Below are positions 20,142 to 30,500 of a stretch of 64,000 nucleotides of DNA, piece after piece (within the stretch, counting starts at the first letter, position 1; the number at the start of each line of letters is the position of its first letter). The position numbers and the translations under genes were made by a program. The notes under the pieces were generated by a model. It was not told the origin of the DNA, made no database searches, and saw only the letters and a list, made by a program, of their open reading frames with translations. The stretch is from an uncultured Gammaproteobacteria bacterium (GTDB lineage Bacteria > Pseudomonadota > Gammaproteobacteria > Arenicellales > CALHMG01), in contig CALHMG010000186.1 in NCBI GenBank assembly GCA_938034705.1, positions 5,110-69,109 of the forward strand, given 5' to 3'.

Positions 20142-20633
20142 ATGAGTGAGAACACAAGTACGAATAACGGCGGTGCGAACAACGGGGGTGAAGCGAGCTC
20201 ACAGGTACGCTTTGATATTCGCACCCTGTACATCAAGGATGTCTCGTTCGAGTCACCCAAAAGTCCGGCTGTCTTCACGGCGGCTGAGTTCAATCCCGAA
20301 ATTGACGTGCAGATGAATGTGAATCATCGCGGTCTCAATGTGGATGAAGGTTTTCACGAAGTAGTGCTCAAACTCACGGTCACGGCCTCCTTTGAAAAGG
20401 AAACCGTATTCCTGTGTGAGATTCAGCAGGCAGGCGTTTTTCTCATTCAGGGCGTTGGTGGCGATGATCTTGAAAAAGCTCTGGAGATCGGCTGTCCGAA
20501 CGTGCTGTTGCCGTTTGCGCGTCAGGCGGTTTGCGACATGGTAGTCAAAGGCGGCTTTCCGCAACTGCTGGTGAGTCCGGTCAACTTTGAGGCAGTGTTC
20601 GCGCAACGTCGGGCAGCGCAGGGCAAGGCCTGA
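20142..20633 (+). CDS. secB: Protein-export chaperone SecB
   Basis: FDIRTLYIKDVSFESPKSP and NVLLPFARQAVCDMVVKGGFPQLLVSPVNFEA match the SecB pattern. Confidence 0.93.
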   Translation: MSENTSTNNGGANNGGEASSQVRFDIRTLYIKDVSFESPKSPAVFTAAEFNPEIDVQMNVNHRGLNVDEGFHEVVLKLTVTASFEKETVFLCEIQQAGVFLIQGVGGDDLEKALEIGCPNVLLPFARQAVCDMVVKGGFPQLLVSPVNFEAVFAQRRAAQGKA

Positions 20634-20690
20634 CGTCATCGTGTTGACCCTGTGGCACACAGGTTTCAACAGGCGTGACAGGGGATTCCC

Positions 20691-21716
20691 GTGAGTGATT
20701 TCGGCAAAACACCCGTGGCCGTACTCGGCGCCGGGTCCTGGGGCACCGCGCTGGCCCTGTTGCTTGCGCGCGGTGACAGACCGGTTTTGCTGTGGGCACA
20801 TCGCGCCGAACATATCGCCAGCCTCAAACGAGACCGCGAAAACACCGCCTATCTCCCCGGGATCACGTTTCCCGACAATCTTCACCCGGTCGACAGTCTT
20901 GATGATGTGAGTCGCGAGGCGGCCGACATCCTTGCGGTAATTCCGAGTCATGCCTTTGCCGCAACGTTGACTGAAGTTGGACAATCGCTTGAACGTTGTG
21001 GGCGTAGCCAGAACGACATCACCATCACCTGGGGCACCAAAGGCTTTGAGCCCGGGACCGGTGCGCGACTCGACGAGGTCGTGGAACGTGTCCTGCCCAA
21101 TCTCAAGGCCCGGGCTATTGTGTCAGGGCCTACCTTTGCGAGGGAGGTTGCGCAGGACCTTCCGGCGGCAATGAGCATAGCCGGTTCGAGTCCGGCCGAG
21201 ACGGCGCGGCTGGCCGACCTCTATCGCACCCAGCGCATGCGGATCTACAGCAACGAAGATTTTGTGGGTGTGCAGACCGCAGGCGCGATCAAAAATGTAA
21301 TGGCAATTGCGACCGGCATCAGCGATGGCCTCGGTCTTGGTGCCAACGCGCGCGCGGCTCTGATCACGCGGGGCCTTGCGGAACTCGTACGACTGGGGAT
21401 TCATCTGGGCGGGCGCCCCGAGACGTTCATGGGTTTGGCTGGCGTGGGTGATCTTGTTCTTACCTGCACCGATGACCAGTCCCGCAACCGGCGTGTTGGT
21501 CTGGGCCTTGGGTCAGGCAAATCTCTCGACGAGGTTCGCGCCGAGATCGGGCAGGAGGCCGAAGGCATCAACACGTGCCGCGAGCTGCATAGAATGAGCG
21601 TCAAGCTCGGCGTACCGATGCCGGTAACCGCCGAAGTCTACAAAGTCGCCCTCGAAGGCAAGGACGCCATGGCTGCCGTTGCCGAACTGATGCAGCGCGA
21701 CCCCAAGCAGGAATAG
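20691..21716 (+). CDS. gpsA: NAD(P)H-dependent glycerol-3-phosphate dehydrogenase
   Basis: Rossmann motif VLGAGSWGTALA plus GAIKNVMAIATGISDG. It uses a GTG start. Confidence 0.95.
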   Translation: MSDFGKTPVAVLGAGSWGTALALLLARGDRPVLLWAHRAEHIASLKRDRENTAYLPGITFPDNLHPVDSLDDVSREAADILAVIPSHAFAATLTEVGQSLERCGRSQNDITITWGTKGFEPGTGARLDEVVERVLPNLKARAIVSGPTFAREVAQDLPAAMSIAGSSPAETARLADLYRTQRMRIYSNEDFVGVQTAGAIKNVMAIATGISDGLGLGANARAALITRGLAELVRLGIHLGGRPETFMGLAGVGDLVLTCTDDQSRNRRVGLGLGSGKSLDEVRAEIGQEAEGINTCRELHRMSVKLGVPMPVTAEVYKVALEGKDAMAAVAELMQRDPKQE

Positions 21717-21851
21717 TGCGGCTCGGTCATTCCCGTAATTTCGACGCTATCTGACGTCAGAATCTGCTCCCACTGTAGCCCGGAACTTCGGGGCATCGTT
21801 CTTGTCATACACTTCACACGAGCGCTTACCACCAGATAAAGGAACAGAGAA

Positions 21852-22445
21852 TTGAACAGAACTATCTCTCGGCCTCGCCATTGGCTTGCCGCAACAGGCG
21901 TTGCTCTCGCCATGACCCTGTCATCGGGCACGGCGACTGCAGCCGACTATGATCTGGACGTCGGACATTCTTTCGTCCAGTTCAGGATTCAGCATCTTGG
22001 CTACAGCTGGCTCTACGGACGTTTCAACACTTTTACCGGCAGCTTCAGCTACGACGAGGCCGATTCGTCGGCGAACATGATCAATCTTGAGATCGATACG
22101 GCGAGTGTCGACACCAATCACGCGAAACGCGACGACCATCTGCGAAGTGCCGATTTTCTCGACGTTGCGAAGCACCCGACAGCAAGCTTCAAAAGCACAG
22201 GTTACAGCGGCAGTGATGCCGAGGGTGTGCTTGAGGGCGAACTCACTTTAATGGGCGTGACCAAGCCTGTGAAAATCGACGTCAGGAAAATGGGCGCGGG
22301 TCCTGACCCCTGGGGCGGTGAACGCGTTGGCTTCGAGGGAACCACCGTGATCAATCGCAAGGACTTTGGCATGGCCAAGACTCTGGGGCCAAAGGGCTGG
22401 GAACTGGAAATGACCCTCGGCATCGAAGGCATCAAGAAAAAGTAA
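21852..22445 (+). CDS. YceI-family periplasmic polyisoprenoid-binding protein
   Basis: A signal peptide ending TATA, then YDLDVGHSFVQFRIQHLGYSWLYGRFN, which is typical of YceI. It uses a TTG start. Confidence 0.88.
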   Translation: MNRTISRPRHWLAATGVALAMTLSSGTATAADYDLDVGHSFVQFRIQHLGYSWLYGRFNTFTGSFSYDEADSSANMINLEIDTASVDTNHAKRDDHLRSADFLDVAKHPTASFKSTGYSGSDAEGVLEGELTLMGVTKPVKIDVRKMGAGPDPWGGERVGFEGTTVINRKDFGMAKTLGPKGWELEMTLGIEGIKKK

Positions 22446-22506
22446 CTGAAATATGATGGCCGCACGTTAGCGCCGTCGAGCCCAACGCCCGGCGATCGCG
22501 ATGCGG

Positions 22507-22983
22507 TCAGCCGGGTGTTTTTTGTCCGCTGAAACCAAGCTGCCGCCAGGCTTCATAAACCACTACGGCAACGCTGTTCGACAGATTGAGGCTGCGATTC
22601 GATGGCCGCATGGGCAGACGCAGCCGCTGCTCGTTGGGTAGCGACTCTCGTATGTCCAGCGGCAGTCCACGGGTTTCGGGTCCGAACAGCAACGAGTCGT
22701 TGTCGCCAAACTGAACATCCGTGTAGGTGGTCGAGTGATGGGTCGAAAAGGCGTACAGCGTTGATGCGGGGTGTTTGGCCCGGTATTCGTCCAGCGTTGA
22801 CCACAACTGAACGCTTGCCCATTCGTGGTAGTCGAGTCCCGCTCGTCGCAGCTGTCGATCTTCGAGTTCAAAGCCAAGCGGTTCGATCAGGTGAAGGCTT
22901 GCGCCGGTGTTCGCGCACAGACGAATAACGTTACCCGTGTTCGGCGGAATTTCCGGCTGGTAAAGAATAACGTTGAGGTTCAT
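22507..22983 (-). CDS. trmL: tRNA (cytidine/uridine-2'-O-)-methyltransferase TrmL (SpoU family)
   Basis: [27 protein letters not shown] and the C-terminal [17 protein letters not shown] motif. The ATG at 22983 is preferred. Confidence 0.9.
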   Translation of the reverse strand: MNLNVILYQPEIPPNTGNVIRLCANTGASLHLIEPLGFELEDRQLRRAGLDYHEWASVQLWSTLDEYRAKHPASTLYAFSTHHSTTYTDVQFGDNDSLLFGPETRGLPLDIRESLPNEQRLRLPMRPSNRSLNLSNSVAVVVYEAWRQLGFSGQKTPG

Positions 22984-23062
22984 TGCGGGCGAATCACACC
23001 GACCCGGACGGGCGACCGACAAGGCGGGGCTTGATGACGAGTGGTCGAGTCACGCATCCCGC

Positions 23063-23476
23063 TCAAAACGGCTTGACGACTACCAGTACGATGCAGCCAA
23101 GAAGGATCAGTACAGGAAACTCGTTAAACCACCGGTAAAACACGTGGCCGCGCACATTTCGATCTTCGCGAAATTCTTTCAGAATGCGCCCACACCACAG
23201 GTGATAGACGATCAGAACAACCACCAGCGCAAGTTTCGCCAGAAGCCAGCCGCCACTGAATCCGTAGCCAAGCCAGAGCCACACGCCAAAAACCAGCGTT
23301 AACACAGCGCCAGGTGTCATGATTCCGAAATAGAGCTTTCGCTCCATTACCTTGAAGCGTTCGATGCTGGTCTTGTCTTCGCTCATGGCGTGATACACGA
23401 ACAGTCGCGGCAGATAAAATAGCGCCGCAAACCACGTCACCATAAAAAATATGTGAAAGGACTTTATCCAGAGCAT
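23063..23476 (-). CDS. hemJ: Protoporphyrinogen IX oxidase HemJ-type membrane protein
   Basis: MLWIKSFHIFFMVTWFAALFYLPRLFVYH plus 4 TM helices, adjacent to hemW. Confidence 0.85.
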   Translation of the reverse strand: MLWIKSFHIFFMVTWFAALFYLPRLFVYHAMSEDKTSIERFKVMERKLYFGIMTPGAVLTLVFGVWLWLGYGFSGGWLLAKLALVVVLIVYHLWCGRILKEFREDRNVRGHVFYRWFNEFPVLILLGCIVLVVVKPF

Positions 23477-23507
23477 CGACGTTCTCTTCGGCTGGCGGTA
23501 AACCGAC

Positions 23508-24017
23508 TCAGGTTGAAGGTTTCAGGTACTTGCTTAAAACACCGTCGATTTCTTCTGGTGTGAATTCGCCAAGTTTTTGAAAGACGATGCGCCCTTCCGG
23601 AGACAACACAAACGTTGTTGGAACCAGACGCACGTCACCAAACGCATTGGCAATCGCATCACCGTTATCGACTCCGACGGGGTATTCCATAGCAAAACGT
23701 TTTACGAACTCGTTGACCTGATCAACCGGGTCATAGGACATGGCGACGCCCAGCACCTCGAGTCCCTGTGCACCATACTGCTTGCGTAGCTCAACCAGGT
23801 GCGGGACCTCGCGTCGACAGCCGACACAGGTTGTTGCCCAGAAATTCACAACAACGGTTTTTCCGCGCAGGTCCTCCACCGCCACGGAAGATCCGTCCAG
23901 CAGTGTCAGTCGTGCGTTGGGTGCCGACCGCAGTCCCGAATCCGAGAACCACAAAAACAACGCGCCTGCCGCAATCGCAAGCACGAACACCGTAATGAGA
24001 CCGTCTCGAAGCTTCAT
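23508..24017 (-). CDS. TlpA-like thiol:disulfide oxidoreductase (thioredoxin fold), membrane anchored
   Basis: An N-terminal TM helix and the CXXC motif WATTCVGCRRE. Confidence 0.85.
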   Translation of the reverse strand: MKLRDGLITVFVLAIAAGALFLWFSDSGLRSAPNARLTLLDGSSVAVEDLRGKTVVVNFWATTCVGCRREVPHLVELRKQYGAQGLEVLGVAMSYDPVDQVNEFVKRFAMEYPVGVDNGDAIANAFGDVRLVPTTFVLSPEGRIVFQKLGEFTPEEIDGVLSKYLKPST

Positions 24018-24095
24018 CCTTCTACTCTGTTAATTGAAAGTCAGTCGTCGATTATAGGCAGCTGGCGCTGGTGGATCTTCACGTTTTGGACGTTT

Positions 24096-25247
24096 TCACA
24101 GAAACATTGCGGTCAGATCGTTGAGGAACCGACGCCCGAGCGGGGTTGCCCGCAGGCGCTGACCGGTCAGCTCGATCAGACCTCTGGAGGCGGCGTCATC
24201 GAGCGTTGGCTGAATTTGTGCAAGACCGAGGCCGGTGCGTGTCGTAAAGAAATCCAGTTCAAAACCTTCCGTGAGCCGAAGCGCGTTGAGCATGAATTCG
24301 AATGCGCGGTCGTCACCTTCGACCGTGCCAGCCACGTCTATAGACTGCTCTGTCCCGGCGTGTTGCATGAACCGGGTCGGGTGTTTGAGTTTGGCGCGCC
24401 GGGTGATGCGGCCGTCGACGGTGAGTTTACCGTGGGCACCGGCGCCAACGCCGAGATAGTCACCAAACAGCCAGTAGTTGGTGTTGTGACGACTGCGCTG
24501 TCCGGGTCTGGACCAGGCGGATACTTCGTAGTTGTGGAAGTCCGCGCAGCGCAGCTCCCCGGCTATCGATTGCGCCATGTCCCAGGCCGCTTCATCGTCG
24601 GGCAGCGTGGGCGGACGGGCATGAAACAGCGTGTTCGGTTCGATGGTGAGCTGATAACACGACAGGTGAGTTGGGTCAGTCGCGAGCGCTGTTCTGATGT
24701 CGGCGAGAGCGAGACTTTCAGACTGCTCCGGCTGGGCGTACATGAGATCAATGTTGTAGTTGTCGAAACCGGCCGCTCGCGCGTAGTCAATCGCCGCCAG
24801 AGCCTCGCTGCCACCATGTATTCGTCCGATACGGTTTAAGGTCGCATCGTCGAAGCTCTGAACACCTATCGACAGTCTGTTTACGCCGATCTGTCGATAC
24901 CCTTTGAAGCGGCCGGCCTCTGCCGTGCCCGGGTTCGCCTCCAGCGTAATTTCAGCATCTCGCTCAATACCGATCGTACGTTCAAGCGTTTCTATAATCG
25001 TGGCAATAGAGTTCTCGCCAAAGAGGCTGGGCGTTCCGCCGCCGAAGAAGATCGACGTGATGCTCCGGTCGTGAACCAGGCTCGACTCCATCTCGATATC
25101 CCTGATGAGTGCCTGAAGATATTCCGTTTCAGGCAGATCCTGCTTGATAGCGTGGGAGTTGAAGTCGCAGTACGGGCATTTTTTGACGCACCACGGCAGG
25201 TGAACGTAAACGCCAAAAGCGTTTTCTGGGGATTCGGGTTTCAACAT
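24096..25247 (-). CDS. hemW: Radical SAM heme chaperone HemW (HemN-like, oxygen-independent coproporphyrinogen oxidase family)
   Basis: VHLPWCVKKCPYCDFNS (CX3CX2C), GGGTPSL, and a HemN C-terminal domain. Confidence 0.92.
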   Translation of the reverse strand: MLKPESPENAFGVYVHLPWCVKKCPYCDFNSHAIKQDLPETEYLQALIRDIEMESSLVHDRSITSIFFGGGTPSLFGENSIATIIETLERTIGIERDAEITLEANPGTAEAGRFKGYRQIGVNRLSIGVQSFDDATLNRIGRIHGGSEALAAIDYARAAGFDNYNIDLMYAQPEQSESLALADIRTALATDPTHLSCYQLTIEPNTLFHARPPTLPDDEAAWDMAQSIAGELRCADFHNYEVSAWSRPGQRSRHNTNYWLFGDYLGVGAGAHGKLTVDGRITRRAKLKHPTRFMQHAGTEQSIDVAGTVEGDDRAFEFMLNALRLTEGFELDFFTTRTGLGLAQIQPTLDDAASRGLIELTGQRLRATPLGRRFLNDLTAMFL

Positions 25248-25346
25248 CGTGATTCGTTCGGCGTGTCGAGTTGTATTACGCCATACGTGACGTTAGGGTG
25301 CGTCGATACGTAACCTACGACGATAAGCAGACCAGGAATTCGATTC

Positions 25347-25958
25347 GTGCACATCATATGTCTTGATCTAGAAGGCGTTCTCATTCCGGAAATCTGGATC
25401 GGTGTCGCCGAGCGCACCGGCATTGAGGAGTTAAAGCTCACTACTCGTGATATCGCTGATTATGATGAGCTGATGGCCCATCGGCTCAAAATTCTCGATA
25501 AAGAGGGTCTGGGCATAAAGGACATCAGCGCGGTCATCGACGGGCTTGAGCCACTCGATGGTGCGCAGGAACTGGTTCAGTGGATCAAGCAAACACATCA
25601 GCTCATCATCTTGTCCGACACCTTCTACCAATTCGCCGGACCAATGATGTCGAAACTCGACTGGCCAACGCTGATGTGTCATCACCTTAACATCGCTGAC
25701 GACGGTCGTATCGCCGGTTACGAGCTGCGCCAGTCAAATCAGAAAGAACATGCCGTACGCGCGTTTCGATCACTGAATTTTGCGACGGTTGCGGCCGGCG
25801 ATTCCTATAACGATACAACCATGCTTGCCGCCGCCGACGCCGGGATACTGTTCAGGCCTCCGGAAAACGTCATTGCCGAGTTTCCGATGTATCCGGTTGT
25901 CACAACTCACGAACAGCTGCGCGTGGAAATCGAGGCGGCGGTAGAGCGCACGAGTTAA
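25347..25958 (+). CDS. thrH: Bifunctional phosphoserine phosphatase / homoserine phosphotransferase ThrH
   Basis: Colinear similarity to the Pseudomonas ThrH sequence as I recall it (CLDLEGVLIPEIWI, ILSDTFYQFAGPMM, AAGDSYNDTTML). It uses a GTG start. Confidence 0.85.
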   Translation: MHIICLDLEGVLIPEIWIGVAERTGIEELKLTTRDIADYDELMAHRLKILDKEGLGIKDISAVIDGLEPLDGAQELVQWIKQTHQLIILSDTFYQFAGPMMSKLDWPTLMCHHLNIADDGRIAGYELRQSNQKEHAVRAFRSLNFATVAAGDSYNDTTMLAAADAGILFRPPENVIAEFPMYPVVTTHEQLRVEIEAAVERTS

Positions 25959-26350
25959 CCCCCGCGCTTGAGGTCGTCGAGAAGACGACGATCGCGCTTG
26001 GTCGGGCGCCCGTCGCCCCGCACCATCCCGAGGTTTGCCGCTTTGATCGTGGCTGCGCGTTCTTCGCGCGCCGCAAGACTCTCCTCGCTTTCCTGATACA
26101 TCGTTGCCGCAATCGTGGCTGAAACGCGCTTTTCGCCGGTTTTCAAAACTTCGATGTGATGGCGATAGCCTTCTTTTGTCACGACCAGACTGTCACCGAC
26201 ATGCACGAGTTTTGCAGCCTTTGGCCGTTGTCCGTTCAGCGTGACCTTGCCGCCTTTGACGGCCGCTGCAGCGATCTGGCGTGTCTTGAAAAGACGAATC
26301 GCCCACAGCCAGCGGTCGATTCTGGTCCCATCGTCGGCATTCTGAGTCAT
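25955..26350 (-). CDS. hslR: Ribosome-associated heat shock protein Hsp15 (S4 RNA-binding domain)
   Basis: RIDRWLWAIRLFKTRQIAAAAVKGGKVTLNG matches the S4 domain. The size is 131 aa. Confidence 0.88.
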   Translation of the reverse strand: MTQNADDGTRIDRWLWAIRLFKTRQIAAAAVKGGKVTLNGQRPKAAKLVHVGDSLVVTKEGYRHHIEVLKTGEKRVSATIAATMYQESEESLAAREERAATIKAANLGMVRGDGRPTKRDRRLLDDLKRGG

Positions 26351-26400
26351 TATTTAGCTAAATCATGCTCGAAAAATTTAAGAAAAACGGTATCATAGGC

Positions 26401-26435
26401 GGCCCTGTTAAAGTAACGGATGCATAAACAGGGCC
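26401..26435 (+). other. Stable hairpin in the hslR / outer-membrane-protein divergent intergenic region
   Basis: GGCCCTGTT (26401-26409) pairs perfectly with AACAGGGCC (26427-26435) around a 17-nt loop. No T-run follows. Confidence 0.3.
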
Positions 26436-26575
26436 TCGGCAGTGGCCAGATTGCTGGTCAGATAGCCGCCTAAAACCCTTTATTTCAGTGGTTTTTGGCG
26501 CATTGGGCCGAATCCTTAAGGACCTGTCTGAACCCTCGCGTTCACGATCAGGCGCTAGCAGGGAGTGTTGAGAAG

Positions 26576-27397
26576 ATGATGTCGACAAAGGCACAGGCAA
26601 AGGCAAAGGCACAGGCAAGGCCAACAGAGCTGACAGAGCAGATGACGGCGCACACAGCGTTGTCGGGCTGTGTTACACACTCGCGCAGTTTGCTTCGCGG
26701 TGTGACGCTGGCATCGGCGATGGCCTGCATGGTGGCGTCGACAACGGCCCAGGCCGATCTGCTCCGACTCGGTGCTCCAAGCCCGATGTTCAACGCGTCC
26801 GTGCTCCCGGCACCCTGGTGGGTTGAGCACAACACGCTCGACTACGACAGCGACTACGATATTGACGGCAGCGCCGGCTTTGCCGACTTCAGCTTACGTC
26901 TACGACAGGGCTTCACTGAATCTGTTCGTCATCCACTGTCGACTCGATTCGACTCCTGGACGTTCGGCAGCAGCGCTACCCGTTTTGGCGAAAATAATAC
27001 AGCCGACTCCGGCGCGGTTAACTCGGTAAGTTTTGATTTCAAGCGGCAGCTGCTGCCTGAAACATCGAGTGGCAAGCTGGCACTTGCGCTTGGCTGGGCG
27101 CTTATTGATGCGCAATCAGGTGCGCGCGGTGCGCCGCTGCTCAGTCTTGAGGGCACGGTAGAAATCGGCGGTCGCTGGTCCCTGTACGGTCAGTCAGCCT
27201 GGCTGGGTGACGCAGGTGAAATCGGGGCAGGATGGTCGGGCGACACGTTCGAAGCCGGTCTTTCGTATAACCCGAGTCCGGATCTTTCCCTGCGAGCCGG
27301 TTACAGACGTTCGCGCATCAGACTGGGTGAATCTGCCGGTGACATCGATGCCGGCGAGTCCAGTGGATTTATTTTTGGCGCAGGCTTCCGCTGGTAG
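26576..27397 (+). CDS. Putative outer-membrane beta-barrel protein
   Basis: A signal peptide ends at TTAQA/DLL, alternating beta-strand-like segments follow, and the C-terminus is GFIFGAGFRW with a terminal aromatic. The alternative start at 26642 gives a more canonical signal peptide. Confidence 0.6.
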   Translation: MMSTKAQAKAKAQARPTELTEQMTAHTALSGCVTHSRSLLRGVTLASAMACMVASTTAQADLLRLGAPSPMFNASVLPAPWWVEHNTLDYDSDYDIDGSAGFADFSLRLRQGFTESVRHPLSTRFDSWTFGSSATRFGENNTADSGAVNSVSFDFKRQLLPETSSGKLALALGWALIDAQSGARGAPLLSLEGTVEIGGRWSLYGQSAWLGDAGEIGAGWSGDTFEAGLSYNPSPDLSLRAGYRRSRIRLGESAGDIDAGESSGFIFGAGFRW

Positions 27398-27515
27398 CGT
27401 TTACTTGCGCAAACAGCGTCGACCGCATCAGCCGACGCCGCATCGCATTCAGTCAGAATCCAACTCAGAGCGAATCTGTTCGCAACGCTGCGCGCGAACT
27501 GCCCGTGGCCGTTGT

Positions 27516-30500
27516 CTATCCCGTCGGCCGCCGGGTCCGTGACGATGACCTGTTCGGGGCTTCGCTACCGCCTGACTCATCGTCGAGGGGACGATGTTCC
27601 GGCGCAAGATTCTGCAGTCTTGAGAAGCTCAGCATCACCCGCAGCTCAAGCGCTCGGGCTCCCTGCTCTTTTGCGGTCGAGAGGGCTTCGCGAAACAGTC
27701 GCGTCGCCGTCTCGGTGTCCCGGGCCGAGAGCGCAACTTCACCCTGAACTCGCAGGAGTTCGGCGCGCCAGTGCGCTTCACCGTGAAGCTCGGTGCGCTT
27801 GAGCGCGATTGTCGCGGTCTGGCCTGCACCCTTCACGTCGCCCGCACGCGCCTGGGCGCTGGCAACCATTGACAGAACCCACGGTTGTCCGATGCCGCCC
27901 TGACACTCGCGCATCGCCTTGAGCCCCATGCTCATTGTCTCCAGGCCTTCCTTGAGCTTGTTCTTCATGACCAGCGTCTGCCCTTTGAGGACGATCACGA
28001 CGGCAGACAGATATGAAAATTCGTTCTGAGTCGAAAGACGCGCAAACTGATCGACAATTTTGCTTACGGCGTTGGCGTTGCCCATGCAGATATTGGTTGC
28101 GCAAACCCAGAACAGCGTCATCGCAGCCATAAACGGCTGGGGTGTTTCGCGCGCCGCCTTGAGCGCGCTTTCGCAGGTCATCATGGCCAGCGCCGGATTG
28201 CCCGTCATCCACTGGGTCCATCCCAGATGTCCAAGTACCGCTGCGCGAAGGTCGATTTGTTCGGACAGCATCATGCCCGAATCCGAACCGTCTTCTTCAT
28301 GATCCAGAGCGCTCTCAAAGTGTTCTCGCGCGGTGGAGAAGTTACCGCTCCAGAATTCAACAGCGCCGTCCAGAAAGTCAGCTACCGCCTTTACGTGATT
28401 GCAGCTGTTGTCAGTGGCGAGCGCTCTTGCCCGTCCGGCGAGTTCGCGCGCCTGTTTGAGTTCACCACGCGCGTAGTAGCACGTGAAAAGGCCGCGAATC
28501 GCATCAAGATTCAGGGCATCGCTGTCTACTCGTTCACCCAGTTCAATGGCGCGTTCAAACGCGGCCTGGGCCGCTGTCGATGCAAAACCCTGCAGCGCGC
28601 GGTGTCCGGCGCCAAGCAGAATATGCAAGCGCATTTCGATTTTGTCGGTCTTACTGTTACGCGGTGACAGGGCGATGGCCGCCAGAGCGTTTTCGGCGTG
28701 ATCGATCATCTCCTTGTTTGATGCACGTCCAAACGCATCCTTCGCCGCCCGGGACCAGAACTTTGCTGATTCCCAGTGTCGACCCGCACGCGTCAGATGC
28801 CACGCAATCTCCGCCCAGCCGCCGGCGCCAATTTGGGGTTCGGCTACAAGGACGTCAGCGAGACTTCCGTGCAGTTCAGATCGTCTCTCCAGCAGCAGTC
28901 CGTCGTACGCGGCTTCCTGAATCAAGGCATGTCGGAAGGCATACATCGACTCACGTCGTCTTACTGGCTTTATCACGCCCGTCTCTATCAGCGAGTCGAT
29001 CGCAAGATCTGTGGTTGTCTGATCGCACTGCGCCAGACGCATCAACATGTCGGTTGTGAATTCGCGGCCGATGACGGCAGCTACCGACGCGATGTCGCGT
29101 TCAAAACCGGCTTTGCCGAGTTTGGCGCTGAGCAATTCACGCAGCGATTCGGGAATGCGGGTTTCGAGACCGGCATTCCTGTCTTCTACGCAAAGCGAAC
29201 GTGCGAGTTCCTGCGCAAACAGCGGATTGCCACCAGATCGATCGACAATGGCCTCGCGCGCGAATAAATCGGGTTTGTGAGTGCCGGCGATAACGTCGAC
29301 CAGCTGACCCGTTGCGCCCGCCGTGAGGCTCGCAAGTTCAACATGGGCAACGTGGGGGTGCGATACCCAGGATGCCGGAACTTCTCCGCGTGTTGTCACG
29401 ATGAGCAGAACACGGCGATCCTTGATCCGCGCGATCATCGTTTGCAGAAATTCAGCGGACGTCGGATCGATCCACTGTGCGTCTTCGACTATGGCCAGCA
29501 CCGTTTCGGTATTGGTCAGCTCTTCGAAAAGACCGCTTAACGCGGCGACCGTTTCTTCCTTGCGCAAAATCGGGATCGATCGCGACGCATCGGTGTCATC
29601 GGTATCGAGCAGGAAATTGAAAATAGGTATGGCTTTACTGACGTTTTCGCCTGAATCACGGACCAGTCTGCGCCAGGTGTCGCGAACTTCCAGGTCGTAG
29701 ACGTTTTCTCTTGCAAAACGAGCTGCGTGTTCCAGATGACTCAGAAACGGATACAGCGGTGATGCGGTGTGGTACGGCGAACACTGATAGGTAATCTGCG
29801 TCGGCTTTTCGGCTTCGGTTACAAGCGCCATTTCGGTCGCAAGTCTCGACTTGCCGATACCGGCCTCGCCAGAAATCACAACTACCTGTCCGAGGCCGCG
29901 ACGCGCATCCTCCCAAGCACGTCGAAGGCTCAGCATCTGGCCGGATCGGCCGATCAACGCGCCATCGTCGCTGTGTCGCCGCGACGCGGTCGCGGTGCTG
30001 GTGACGTGGGAAGTGATCGCCTTCCAGACACCCACCGGCTTTTCCATACCGGTCAGTGTGTGCGCTCCAAGATCTTCAAAATCAGCAGCGCGCCCGATGA
30101 GCCGGCGCGTCTGATCGGCAACGACCACCTCGCCAGCGGCGGCAAGGTGATGCAGACGCGACGCGACGTTTGGCGTTTGACCCACAATGGCGTGCTGTTC
30201 GGCCGAGCCCTCTCCAATCAGATCTCCCGCAACAACAAGTCCGGTAGCGATGCCAATGCGCACGGCGAGGGGGTCGGCCCCCTGATAGCCGGGATCGATT
30301 TCGGAAACCGCCTGAACGAGTTCCAGAGCGGTGTGCACCGCGCGCTCCGCGTCGTTCTCGTGGGCATTGGGGTAGCCGAAGTACGTCATGATGCCGTCGC
30401 CAACAAATCGCGCGATGTAGCCATCGTAGTGTTTGATGGTTTCGGTGCACGTGCTTTGGTATCGCCTTAAAATTTCGCGCCACTGCTCCGGGTCGAGGCG

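Noticed and set aside
21745-21760. A perfect 10-bp palindrome, CTGACGTCAG, upstream of the yceI-family gene.
   Set aside because: It is short enough to occur by chance, no partner regulator is evident, and there are no repeats of it elsewhere in the window.
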